From: the human T2T-CHM13v2.0 reference genome, Homo sapiens
DNA: 64,000 nucleotides
NCBI RefSeq assembly: GCF_009914755.1
Contig: NC_060925.1
Strand: one strand, 5' to 3'
Shown here: in pieces, positions 42,811 through 60,625 of the stretch
How the letters are laid out: every line of letters starts with the position of its first letter
How positions within the stretch are numbered: position 1 is the stretch's first letter
Notes under the pieces: generated by a model
Databases searched by the model: none
Seen by the model: only the letters and a program-made list of their open reading frames with translations
What the model was told of the DNA's origin: nothing
Position numbers and translations under genes: made by a program

Positions 42811-45432
42811 TTTCTCACCTGGTTGCTTATCTTCTAGACTCATTTGGGGAGTGGCCAGGAGTCCGGGAGAGCTGCCGGCCATTGTTCCGTCCCGTCTGTA
42901 TCCCTTGGGCTAGTTTCTTCTAGACTGAGGTTTCTAAGTCCAAACAAGATGAACTGTGCACAGTGCCTCAATTAGGGAACAGCAGCTTGAGTGCTTTGGA
43001 AATACAAAAGTGTAGTTTGTAGGTTCACCTTGAAGGCAAGATCAGACAGCTCTACGTAAGCCAGAGCTCTGAAACAAAGCTTCAGGCTGGGACCACTTTG
43101 CAGTCTCAGTGCCTGGTAGTGGGGACTGTTCTACAGAGCCGTGATCAAACCTCCAACTGCATTCTGGTCTTGGAGGAAAGCTGATTCCGTATGAAGAGAA
43201 AAGGCCTGGTGAGAGTATTTGCAGGGCTGAAGAAAAGTTAACATCTATAGTTTGGCAAGCAGCAGCTGCAAAGCATCCGTCCCAGCACATGATAAATGCT
43301 TCTGACGTTTCCTTCAGACACAGTGTGCTAGGAAGGCTTTTAAGTTCTCAAATGCAGGAGTCTGCCTTATTGATCAGGTGCCTTTCATTAAAGGTTTCCA
43401 AGCCCCTCGGCTACAGAGGAAACGCTCCCCTCAGCCTCCTCCACAGCCCCAGCCTTTCATGCAGAGGGGATTATCATTGTTGGAATACGGCATATACTTT
43501 AATTTGGTGAGGCTTTTTGTTTAATGCTTATGATATGCACACTGGAACAGACTGGGATTAGGTAATTTTCACATTGAGTTGGTACTTCCCTCCCTAACCC
43601 CCATCTGATCTTCCATATACACATTTTAAGAAGAAAATAAAGAGAAGACACGTCCTCCTAATGATCCTCCGTATTAGAACTTACCATTCTGCTTTGAACT
43701 CCTGCTGCTTTGAGTCTCCCACTGCCAGCAAGCACTTCTCTGCCAGGCGGAGGGGCGGTGAAGGGAATTAAAGGGGCAGTCAGTGGCTTGCCTCTGGCGG
43801 GAGGTGGCGGAGCGTCTCATTAGCGTTTGCTCCTTTCCTCCAGCTGGGCTTCACTGGGCCCCTCTTCTTATCAACCCGTCCTTCACTTCACCCAGGCTGT
43901 CCCCTGCACTCAGACCCCCTCCAGTCCTTCCAACAAGATGGCAGCAGGATGACTGGGACTCATTGGAGCTAAGCAGAGAATTAAAGTTGCTTTTGTTCCA
44001 AACCTAAAACTTGAAAATGAAGGAACTCTTACGTGGAAATGCCACCATCTCCCTTTTGTTTTATGCGTAAACCCAACTGGTTCCCCATCCTCTGGGTCTC
44101 CTTCCTGCCCCTCGCTGGCTCAGGGCATTGTACATACTGTGTGTTCAACACATGCTGAGTGGAATTGAACAGATGCAGTCCTGGGAAAGGGGGCCTTTTG
44201 GAAGAACTGATGGGGAAAGAATTGGGGTAACTGTGGGCAGTTACTGGACGTTCTTGCTCTTACTTATTGGTTGAATGAGAATGAAAGTATCTAAGATGTA
44301 CCAAGTCCCAGGGATAGTGGCATAATTTCTCTGTTCCTCCTTCTGACTCCCTCTTCTCCCCTCTTTTAGTGTGGGGAAGTTACGAGAACGTAGCGTTTGG
44401 TGCAGTGATCCATTCAGTATACGTCGGGCTCTTAAGAAAGTTAAATTTACCTAACATCCTACATTTTAGATAAGACCGTTCCAGATTTCCACCTCTTGAC
44501 CCAAAAGATCCCTTCGGTGGTTTTCCTTACTAGGGCAATTCCCTTAGTTTCTTGGATTCTTCCTTCCTCTCCTTCCTGGAACTAAGCTGCAGAGTCCCAG
44601 GCTGGAGAAATAGCCCACTGCCCAGGGGTATTTTAGAAAGGGCTTCCCACCTTCCGCAGTGGGCCTGGAGAAGGACGCCTTCTTTTCACCACCAGGCTGT
44701 GATCTCGCAGGCTGGCAAGGCCTTTATGATGAACTGAATGCGGTCTGTATTTACGTGCCTGCCATCTGTCCCCAGGCGGCACTGAGAAGGGGGCTGATGC
44801 TGTCACCCCTAGCTCCTTCTGCAGGTCTCCTCCGTACGTGCCACTGCCAGGAACAAAATTATCATCTCATGGGAGCTGCACACATTTAATGGAACTTGGG
44901 AGCCAGCACAGACCGTTTTCCTCAAAGACAGTTTTATAAAGAAAATGGACTTTGGGGAACAACGCCAGAAAGACATCCAGTATACCTAATTATTAGGCGA
45001 GTGTGGTCATTGCCTCTTTGTCTTAGATAACTAGGTTGTTGATTACGGTGCTTTGCCAAACTCCACGGTGGATCTGGTAGCTGGTATTTCTGGGCAGACA
45101 CCAGACTGAGTTACTTCTTTTCAGAGTTCTGGACGTTACTGATCTAGGTGAAAGGCCAGAAGCAGTGGGATATTGAAATTCTCAGAAGTGGAGAGACTGT
45201 GGCAAGGAGGTACAGAAGACACTAAATCGGGTGCCATGTTAGCAAGCTCAAGTTTTCATATTGATCATGCAGTGAGCTGCAGAGAAGAAAAGCAGCTTTG
45301 CCTGGGTCCTGTTGTTCTCCAAGCCAAATAGCATCTCTGTGCTGACAGACGAGTCTGCGTCTGCAGACGCAGCATCTCTTGACTGTTTGCTATTTAACGA
45401 CAGTCGTAACACATGAGTGAGCTTTACTCATG

Positions 45433-45718
45433 TGGGCCCTTTATTAACAATAAGCCGCCTCTGTGGCGGCTGGGCCCCGCGGGGTCGGGGGGTGGGGGTG
45501 CCCAACGTGGCAGGGAGGCCTGCAAGGGGAGGCCGAGGCGCCGGTGGAAGCACAAACCACCCGGCGAGTCAGAGCAGGGGTCGGGGCCCCTGGCCGCACC
45601 GTGCCGCGCATGCGCAGGGTCCCGGGGTCCCTGGGGTCCCGGGTTTGTGCCCCCGGGGCGGCTGGGCCCCGCGGGAGGGGACGGCCAACGCGGAAATGGG
45701 CCCTTTATTCACAATAAG
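45433..45718. other. 242-bp CpG-dense segment bracketed by a 22-bp direct repeat (putative insertion)
   Basis: TGGGCCCTTTATT(A/C)ACAATAAG at 45433-45454 and 45697-45718; about 26 CpGs in between; NRF1 site GCGCATGCGC at 45606-45615. Confidence 0.75.
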
Positions 45719-45916
45719 TGCCAAAATCCAAACTGAACACATCTAAAAAAATTCTAATTAAGGAGCGTCCACTGCTGCTTTCTCAAAAATTCCTTCTGTG
45801 CTATTAAATATTTTCTCTTTCCAATGGATATTTACCATTTCTACTCACAGTAGTTTTTCTACCAAGTATTCAGAAAAACCTCCAGTTGTCACTTACCCAG
45901 TGTTTACCAAAAATCA

Positions 45917-46289
<373 letters not shown>

Positions 46290-46479
46290 TTGGATGACGT
46301 TGGGCAAGTGTGGTGTCTGTCTCAGCTCTGTGAGTGTAGGATGATTCAGAATCTAATGATTAGGTCTCCTGAACTCCTAGGTCAAACGTGGTTAAAGGGA
46401 GATCCAGGGAAGCAGTGAGGAATGGGCTCTTACAACACTGTCATGGACATGGGTTCAATATGTTGGCAATTATTATTTA

Positions 46480-46920
46480 TTGAGGACGTACTTTGTTTTA
46501 AGTGCTTAGGATAATTATTTGCTTAATAGTCACGTAAGTCCTTCAAGATAGGCATTATTATCGCCATTTTACTAATGAGGAAACTATGTTAAAATAATAT
46601 ATTCCTGGTCACACAGCGACCAAGAGTCAGGATCTGTCTGCCTTCAGAGTTCATAGTCTTTCCAGTAGCCTCAGTAAAAAGTAATAATAGCTAATATTTA
46701 CTGAGCACTTACTATGTCACTGACATTGTGGAAAGGGATGTTATGGGCATTTGCTCTTTTAATGATCACAGTAACTCTGCTAGGCCAGTACTGTTATTAT
46801 GGCCGATTTATAGATGTGGACAGAGGAGGTTAAACACTCGTGCATGGACACATACTGATCAACGTACAGCCAGCACTCAAACCCAGGCCGCCTGTCTCCA
46901 GAGCCTGTGCCCCCAAGCTC
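46480..46920. mobile_element. Two MIR relics
   Basis: attattatcgccattttactaatgaggaaact and taataatagctaatatttactgagcacttactatgtc. Confidence 0.65.
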
Positions 46921-48523
46921 TAGGCCATGTGCCCTGTAAGTCGCAGATGGGACGCTCTGACAGCGAGTGTCACTGAGGTCGGAGTGGGTCATCAGGCATG
47001 CCTCAGAATCCCATTCCCCACTTCATTCACACCTGAGAACGCCTGTCTCTGGATGCATCTTTACACCAGCTCATCCATTTAAAATCAGTTCCCTAATACA
47101 ACAAGCTGAGGATGAGGCCCCTTCTAACTAGGCCACCGTCAGAGTCCCAATCCTTTCTGACAGACCAGCCCCCGACATGTGTCTGTCTCCATCCTTGCAG
47201 CCTGGCCAGCCCTGTCCCACGCCTGCTAATTGGTGGGGGGACCTGGCCCCCCAAGCCTGCCGGCCATTAGCAGTGCCTCACGGGGAAGGGCTTTCTTCCT
47301 TGGTTTCAACTCCCTCCCTCCAGCGCGCAGTCCCTTGCCGGGCTTGCCTGGTGACAGACTCGTGTTGATGAAGACCTTTAGGGAATTTCCTTCCCCCTCC
47401 GCTCCCCGAAGCGCTTCTTAGAGCACATCTCATTACCGGGCTCCATTCTCCCGTCCTGCACATGCTCCCTCACACTTAGCTTTATTGTGCCACCACTTGT
47501 CACCTTTCCCGGCCCGGTTTTTAATAATGCAAATCTTCCCTCTCTGATGGCATCGCTGCTCATTATTTGCTGTCTGGCACCACGGGAGCTCACCCAGCGG
47601 CACCTCGGAGAAGCCAGCCGCCCAGGGTGCAGGCGCAGGCCCCACTGCCCGCCCCAGTCTCCTGAGAGATGGCTCCGCTCTGGCTATGACCCAAGATGCT
47701 CATGGAGGGAAGAGCAGTCCAGGGCCAGGGCCCTTCCACCTTCGCCAGGCAGGTGCCTTTGAGCAAGTCAATCTCTGCAGCCTCAAAATAGGAAAGATGG
47801 TAATAATTATTATAATAATATCCCCTTAACAAAGCAGTTATGGGGCAACCAAATGGAAGTAAGATACGAGAAAAGTCTGTATAAACTGTAAGATTTGTAA
47901 AACTTGTAAAGAAGTTGTGGTGGTGTTGCTGATGGATGATTGATTGATTTGGTCAACACGGAGCAGTCGCTGCCCCAAAGTAGGCCTGGAGGGCACCCCA
48001 GCCCCCTCATCTGCCCTCCCACCCCCAAACTCAGCATGGAATCATATGGCTTTGGACTTTCTCCAGGTGGATAAAGCCCCCTGATCTTTGAACATGTCAT
48101 GCAGGATTATTATTGTGTGTTTTGTTTGGGCAAAGAAATTTAAGCCAATTTACTTTTGTTCTGTAACTCATAACTGAACTGTGCTCAGAGTCTCTGGGGT
48201 CCTTTCAGGCATGGGTCTGTGGTTCTGTAATGGTAACTATGGGTTGATGGAGCAATGGCTTTGTAAAATATGTTTAAAAGCTCCCTCTGAATTGAGGGAT
48301 CACAGCCTCCTTAGTTGTCCCCTGGATTTCCTGGCATTGGAGTTATGTAAGACCTCCATGATCATTGCCATCTGGAATATGACTCTTTGGTACCCCAAAA
48401 AACTTCTGGAGTCTTTCAGTCATATGGAATCAAAAAGATCTTCCTTTGGAAGAAGCAATTTTAGATCACTGATGGAAATTTTACCAGAAAAGTATTCAAA
48501 TCTTTTCCTTTTATAAAACCTGG

Positions 48524-53449
<4,926 letters not shown>

Positions 53450-55398
53450 ATAGAGAGATGATAAGGGATCAGAAGAGGCCAGTGGTGAATTAACTCTGTA
53501 GCCTAGAACCTTGTAGGGGTAAAAACTATTTATCATCACCTACACACTCTTACTGGGCATTTATTGTGGCCAAGACTCGGGTTCCTGTGTGTCTGTAGAG
53601 GGCCTTCATTGTGGGTATCCACAAAGTGAGTTGAAACAAAGCTCATGCATGAGAAGCGCTGATGGAGTTCTCCCTTGCTCCTGCCACCTTCTTATCATCT
53701 GTAGTCTTTTTCTTACTGCTGAGGGATCCTTCCAGTGGTCACATTTGCCCATAGCCCTCCTGAACGCTTGAGTCTGCAGAAAACCTCTAGCTGGACAGCT
53801 TCTGGGTAGAGAAACAGGCCATGAAGAGCCTCCTACATGTGCACCATGTGGCTACGCTCCGTGACGAGGGAAAAACAGGAATATCTGTCTGCTGTGATCA
53901 CGTGTAGTGGTCACGGTGAGAGATGACGGGGCTGCTCCTCCTCAGCCTCCAGTCAGGCTGTGTGGCAGCGATCACCTCCATGTCGATGGAGTGTCTGTGC
54001 AGTTTGGGAGCGAGGCTCTGCCTCTCTCGGTGAGTGTCTCACAGTTCCTTTCTCCCTCAGCCCCATGATGCCGTCCAGAACAAGGTGCTGAACTGATTAA
54101 TGAGCAGGACATAAAGACAACTGCTGTCCAGAGCAACAGCTGTCCCAATCCATCCGTGGAATAAACAAACAGGGCAGAGCGAGGTCCCGACCAGTGGGGA
54201 CTTGGGTGCAGGAAATGCCAGTCTCTTCTTGCTTGAATCAGGGTGTCAGGGGGCCTTCCTGGCCACCACTCAGGCTGTTCCTTTAGCTTTCTGGATCCCA
54301 TTCCCTGCAGGTCTACCCTTGGGAGTGAAATAGTGACCGTCCCTTTGAGCCCGAGAGCTGGGGAGAAGGCCGTGCCTGTTAACAGCTGCCTGGACCCTCT
54401 CTGGAGAGCAGCAGGGAGAGGCGGGGCTGGAGGAGATGTTGCCAAGAACCTAAGGGTGTTAGTGACAAAAGCAAGAACTCCTGGCAACAAGTCCGAGGGA
54501 CTTTCTTGATCACAAGTGGTATCTCCTAAGCACTTTAATTATAGCAGATTAAGCAGGAAGTGGAGTGCCGGACTAAAGGAATAATGATACAAAGGAGGTG
54601 AAGCAGAAAAACTTAATTTCCTTCCTTTAAGGGAAAAAAAAGTCCATTTATTTAGACGCATTGCAAAGAAAAGAATGGAGTGTGGCCTTTCCCCCAGCTC
54701 GGAGCTCAGTGGGTTTTTAAAGAACTGTGTGTATCTCTTTGGCCAGACCAGCGACTGGGATCTTCAGCCTCTCTGCAGAAAATGAGCCGCAGGCTCGGGA
54801 TTTCGTTAAGATGCAGGAGCATTCCTTCTGGACCAATGACTCACTCATTCAGCCCCTTCTTTCCCGCTTCTCCTTGTCAGCCCTCGCCTGGCTGAGCTCA
54901 TATTTTACATTCAGCACCTCTGGTTACCCAGAAATTGCATGCAAAATTGTGAAATAGAAAAGCAGTGGGCTGTGGGCTCCATCAGCTCTGCCTGGCGTTG
55001 CATCATCCTTGACTTGCAATGCTCAGAGGCTGGGCTAGGAGATTTGCTTACAGAAAGCCTGAAGGTCCCAGGGACCTTCCCAAAGTTGCGACTTGAATGC
55101 ATGCTCTTAGCACACATGCTGTGTAACTGGGGCAGATCTGTAGGAATGAGTGGAACTGAAATCAGACCTTAGAAAGTCACAGTGAATAAGAAAATTGCCA
55201 GAATGGAATGCAGATATACCTACTGGTTACTGTCCTGTATGTAGCGGCTGTGTGGGATTTGACTGTGTTTTACTAATAGGAGCCTTGTTGGGCCCAGTGC
55301 TTCATAACTAGCTCTGTCTGTCGGGAATCCCCCACAGTATCCTGCTTGTGATTCACGCTATCCAGAGTCCAGGGCAAGGAGTTCTAAAACCTTATCAT

Positions 55399-55695
<297 letters not shown>

Positions 55696-55950
55696 GTTTT
55701 GTTTTTGAGAGACAAGGTCTCGCTCTGTCACCCAGGCTGGAGTGCAGTGGCATGATCATAGCTCACTGTAACCTTGAACTCCTGAGCTCAAGTGACCCTG
55801 CTACCTCAACCTCCCAAGTAGCTGGCACCTGTAGGTGTGCACCATCACACCTGGCTATTTTTTTTTAATTAACTTTTTGTAGAGATGGGCTCTCACCATG
55901 TTGCCCAGGCTTGTCTTGAACTCCCACCTCTGCCCACATGCTGGGCATTC
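55696..55950 (-). mobile_element. AluJ, 5' portion degenerate
   Basis: gatcatagctcactgtaaccttgaactcctgagctcaagtga. Confidence 0.85.
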
Positions 55951-56048
55951 AATTCCTAGATCTCTTCCTCCCTCCTCTCTTGACTTGCCTCCTCCTGGAT
56001 CATGATATCTTATCATTTTCCAATCACAGCGTTAATGGTAAGGCTTGA

Positions 56049-56445
56049 GGCTGGGCGTGGCACCCATGCCTGTAAACCCAGTGCTTTGGGAGGCAGAGGT
56101 GGGAGTTCAAGACAAGCCTGGGCCATGTTCAGCACTTTACATGCCCATTCACTGAGTTTGCACAGCCGCCCATATGACGGGCATTGTTATTCCTACTGTA
56201 CAGGTGAGGAAATGGGGGCTCTGAGAAGTGTGACTGTTTGTGGGAGGCAGCAGCTGGCATGATGGAAAAAGTGTAGGCATTGGAGGTGGGATCCAAGTCC
56301 AGTCTTCCACCCACAGGTTCAGTGATGTGGGGCAAGTTATATAACACAGTTTTCTCATCTGTAAAATCTGGACAGGCATACCTACACCCTGGAGCATTGG
56401 GAGGATTAAATGAGATCGTGTAGATAACAGCATAGTCCTGGCATA
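56049..56445. mobile_element. Alu left-arm fragment (56049-56128) followed by MIR relics
   Basis: ggctgggcgtggcacccatgcctgtaaacccag; caggtgaggaaatgggggctctgagaagt; cagttttctcatctgtaaaat...gaggattaaatgaga. Confidence 0.65.
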
Positions 56446-57934
56446 TGAGAGAAAATGGCAGGGATCTTTCTATGACCTCAGTGTGAGAAGCAAGATCTAA
56501 ACCCTCAGAGGTAGAGTGCGTCCCACACTCGGGCTCCTTCTACTGGGACACTGGCTTCCGGATCTCCACGGAGAACTGTTCTTAAGTTAGAAGGCAAGCA
56601 CAGCGGGGACACGGTGCAGGACACCTGCGGACCCAGTGCCCTTGGGATTCTTTACCTTCAGCTTTGCTCACTGCAGATTAGTCCTCATCGCTCAGCAGAG
56701 AGAGTCGAGATTGGCAGGAGGATCTCCGTCTTGAACAACATTATGATTCTCTGAGCATTTCTATATGTTGAAAATATTTTATTTAAAAATTACAACCACC
56801 CCTCCTCCTCAAAATTGCATGACAGAGATTTCACCAAACCTGACAACTGATGAGACAAAGAGAACAAGACACAGAGAGGAATTTAGAAATAATCCTTGTG
56901 CATACCTTCCGAAGTTGCCACATATTACTAAAATTACCTGTATCTGTGTCTATCCTGCTACTCTATGCATTACATATCTTTGCATCCCCCATGCCTAGCA
57001 CAGTGCCCAGCACATAGTAGGTGCTCAAAAAAAGTGCCCATCATTTGTTGGACTGAACTCACAACACAGTAACAAAGAGCCAGTTAGAGCAAATGCTGTC
57101 CCTTTTCCCAGGACTGTAGCTTCCAGACCCGTGTGAGGCCTCAGCCTGATTTCTGTTCACCTTAGAACCCCAAGGCTGACTGTGCATTTCCATAAGCACC
57201 TCGCTCGCCTGCAGGACGGGGCTGGGTTGGTGGTGGGTACCAGAGGTGCTCAGTGTTCAATCACGCAGAAAGTGGGCTAAAGGGCAGCGCCTCCTGCTCC
57301 CTCCAGAGATGCACTTCCATTCTCTGAAACGACAACTTCTCTGCACTCGCTTAATGGGATCCCAAATAACACGTCGCAGACCAGTCTTTTATCACTGTTG
57401 CCCCTTGGAACACATTTCGAATGCTGGCCATTAAAAGCAGGCCATTTCACGGTTCTTTAATGATGACACTAATAACTGTGGATTTTTGTCTCCCAGAGTC
57501 CTGATGAGCTGAGCCAAGGAGTAAATTACGGAGCTAACTTTTATGTGCATGGTTTATTGATCTGTGAGCTTCAAGGAAACTGCACCAGCCCCTATAGTTT
57601 GGCAGTCCAGACTACCTTTTCATCTGTGTAATTGGGCCACGAGGGCGCAGTTAATATTCAATTTATATTAATAGGAAGACAAAGAACATGATGTGCCAGC
57701 TCCATATTGAAGTAATGGGCATATCAAAATATTCTACCTGGTAATTATAAATAAATCAGTTTTCCCGTGACCCACCAAGGATGATGTTGCTAATTCACTG
57801 TGCATTTCATCATAATTTATCCTGAGAAAGTTCAGTGCTGCCATGTGCATGTATATCGCAGAGTATACAAGGGTGCTCCATCGTAAAACACCCAGCTGTC
57901 TTCATCCATGCTGTCGCCCATCTTTTCTTAACAG

Positions 57935-58141
57935 GTGAAAGTCATGCTTCGCATCTGTTCCACCTTGGCTCGAGATACTTCAGAATCCAGCTCTTTCTTA
58001 AAGGTGGACCCACGGAAGAAGCAGATCACCTTGTACGATCCCCTGACTTGTGGAGGTCAAAATGCCTTCCAAAAGAGAGGCAACCAGGTTCCTCCAAAGA
58101 TGTTTGCCTTCGATGCAGTTTTTCCACAAGACGCTTCTCAG
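57935..58141 (+). CDS. KIF26B: KIF26B internal coding exon, start of the kinesin motor domain (probably exon 6)
   Basis: Acceptor tcttttcttaacag|GTG and donor CAG|gtgggt. 207 nt, phase 0/0, encoding [69 protein letters not shown], with the kinesin first-strand VKVMLR and FAFDAVF..ASQ motifs. Recognised as KIF26B; exon number is from memory. Confidence 0.95.
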
Positions 58142-58696
58142 GTGGGTATCAGCCCCCTCTCAGGCTCAGGCAACGTTGATGAAAGGGCAACGTTTACTCA
58201 TTCACAAGGGCCCTTGAGCTGGGAGGGTGTCTTCTGGAGCATTCTGATGGACCAGTTCCTTCAGGAGTCAATCTGAGCTCCACCGAATGGTCCAGTGCTT
58301 TTGAATTACTGGTGTCAGACCTTGGGCAGGATCAGTGTGCACAGATTTCAATAAAATCTGTCCTTGGGGAGAAGGAAGTGTGAGCCAGTCAGTGGATCAC
58401 ACACAGAAGCAGGAAGATAACAGAAAGGGACAAGGACAATGCGTCAAGGTGCTGGTGACAGATCTAGTAGGACCCTACTCCTGCCTGGGCATTGTACGAA
58501 GGGAAAAAAAAAAGTGTTTCAGGGAGCTGATTAGAATTAGGCCATCTCCTAGGCCCTGTATAAGCACACTGGGGTTGAGGGCAAGCCTGTAGCCCTAGTA
58601 AGGAACCAGAGTGCAAGGCAGGGAAACCGAGGCTGACATGCATCCTGTGGCCTGGCTCAGTGGAGTGAAGGGGAAGAAGAGAGGCTCAGGGACAGG

Positions 58697-59242
58697 TGTT
58701 GTATTCGCTGAATTGCTGCCTTACAAATCACCCTAAAATTCAGTGCTTAATACAGTAAGCATTTATCATTGCTCATCGGTCAGCTGAGCAGCTCTTCTGG
58801 TCCTAGCTCAGCTCATTTTTATGTCTGTGATCAGCTGTGGGTTGGGCAGGCAGCTCTGTGGATCTTGGCTGGATATCAGCCAGGCGAAATAAGATCATCC
58901 TATATCACACCATAGGCACATGTCTTTGGGGGTTGGCTGGCCTTACACTGGTGTAGAATAGCCTTGACCAGGTCAGCTGGTCTCTCTTCCACATTGTCGG
59001 TCGTCATCCAGCAGGCTAGCTTGGGCTAGTTCTCAAGGCAGTTTCCAGGACCCATGCATGCAGGTCTCTGGAGGCCTAAGCTCAGAATTGACCCAATATC
59101 ACTTCTGCTGGATTCTACTGGCCCAGCTTCATGAGATGGAGAAGAGATTGCTTCTAATGATTGGACGAGCTCCAAGTCACATTGCAAGGGAGTTGCACCC
59201 AGGCTGGGGTGGAGAATTGGGGCCATTTTTATTAATCTACTA
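58697..59242 (-). mobile_element. MLT1 (MLT1G-like) MaLR LTR
   Basis: aaatcaccctaaaattcagtgcttaatacagtaagcatttatcattgctca...ccagcaggctagcttgggct...tcacttctgctggattctactggcc. Confidence 0.7.
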
Positions 59243-60199
59243 TGAGCATAATTGGGAGGCTACTTGGGGGCCCAGGGTACCAAGATTACTGAGCCATGGG
59301 CAGCCAATGAACTGCAGACCTCACCAGATGCTGCAACTAAAGCTGCTAGTAGATATCTGTTCTCCTTTGGATTCACCCTGGAGCTTTGGTGAAGATGGGC
59401 CTCTAAGTGGCACGAAACAGCACCTGTTCCTTCAGGGGAGGGAGCAGGGACAGACGTGTAGAACTGATTGCAGAAATGAATAACCCAGGTTATAGAATAT
59501 AGCCTACTTTGCCTGGAGTTTGCATCTTTCTGGTAAGTTTCTAGTGCTTATCAAGATTTACATTAAACAGTGTATAGGATAATAACTAATAATCTATAGC
59601 AGAACCTGACGACAACAGTGCGAATAGTTACCATTTGCAGCCTCTGTGAATTTCCTCCAGGCTGCATCTGAGTAGAGGAGGTGGCGATGTTCTCACGGGC
59701 TCCTATATTACACCGTGGGCACACAGCACATGTTACAGGCTCCATTCATTAAGAAGTTGAGCATGCGGTTTCCCCAAAGAGTTTTACCCAAGAAGACAAA
59801 GTACTTTATGAATAAGTTCTATGGTTTCTCTCCTTATTACATTTTTTGTGTGGCATATCACCCAATGGGCTCAGTAATTTAAACCTGACGTTTGGTCTAA
59901 CAAATGGCCTACAAATAATTTCATTAACACAGTTAAAACTTTTCAGAAGCAAATCTCCACAAGTTGTAAGAATTCCAAAGCAAACCCTAAATCAAGCATG
60001 GACTATGAATGCGTTTTAGATTTATTCCAGAAAAAGGGTCCATTTTAATTGCTAGTCTTTGTTTACATTTCACACTCGGCTGCAGAGCTCAGTATGCTCA
60101 ATACTGGAGTTTCGCTCATTTCAGAATGCCTTACTTTCATTCACATTTCCAATGTTATAATAAATTACATGTCTGTATAAATTTGCAGTTTTCAAGACA

Positions 60200-60625
60200 T
60201 TTCGTAGACATTAACACATTTGACTCTTCCTAGAATTCAGTGGGGTAGGAAGAGAGGCACTGATGTTCTCATGTGACACACAAGGAAACCGAGACTCAAA
60301 GATGAAGTCACTTGTTCAAAGTCCCTTTCCCGAGCAGACGTCCTTCCTGGATTCCCCCCGTTAACCTCTCTGTATCCTGCTCGGTATGGTGGTGTATCTT
60401 TGACCTCCTGCCATTTTATCCAATATTTCCTAGCAGTGTGGCCTCAGGCGAGTCACTCAACCTCTCTGGACCTCAGTGTCCTTCCTCATCTGTCAGGTGA
60501 GGACATGACCACAATGTTCCTCATCAGGCCGTGTGATTCCTCGAGTTGACACACAGGAAGTGCTCACAGCAGAGCCAGGAACACAGCAAGTGCTCAACAA
60601 ATGCGGCTATTTTTACCGTTATCAC
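60200..60625. mobile_element. MIR relics
   Basis: caaggaaaccgagactcaaagatgaagtcacttgttcaaagtc; gtgtggcctcaggcgagtcactcaacctctctggacctcagtgtccttcctcatctgt. Confidence 0.7.

Noticed and set aside
45413-45746. Three overlapping 84-109 aa ORFs across the GC cassette
   Set aside because: Stop-codon scarcity from extreme GC content; no recognisable protein.
58142-58276. Extension of the 57935..58276 ORF beyond DASQ
   Set aside because: Kinesin similarity ends at the CAG|gtgggt donor and resumes at 63009; the tail is intron read-through.
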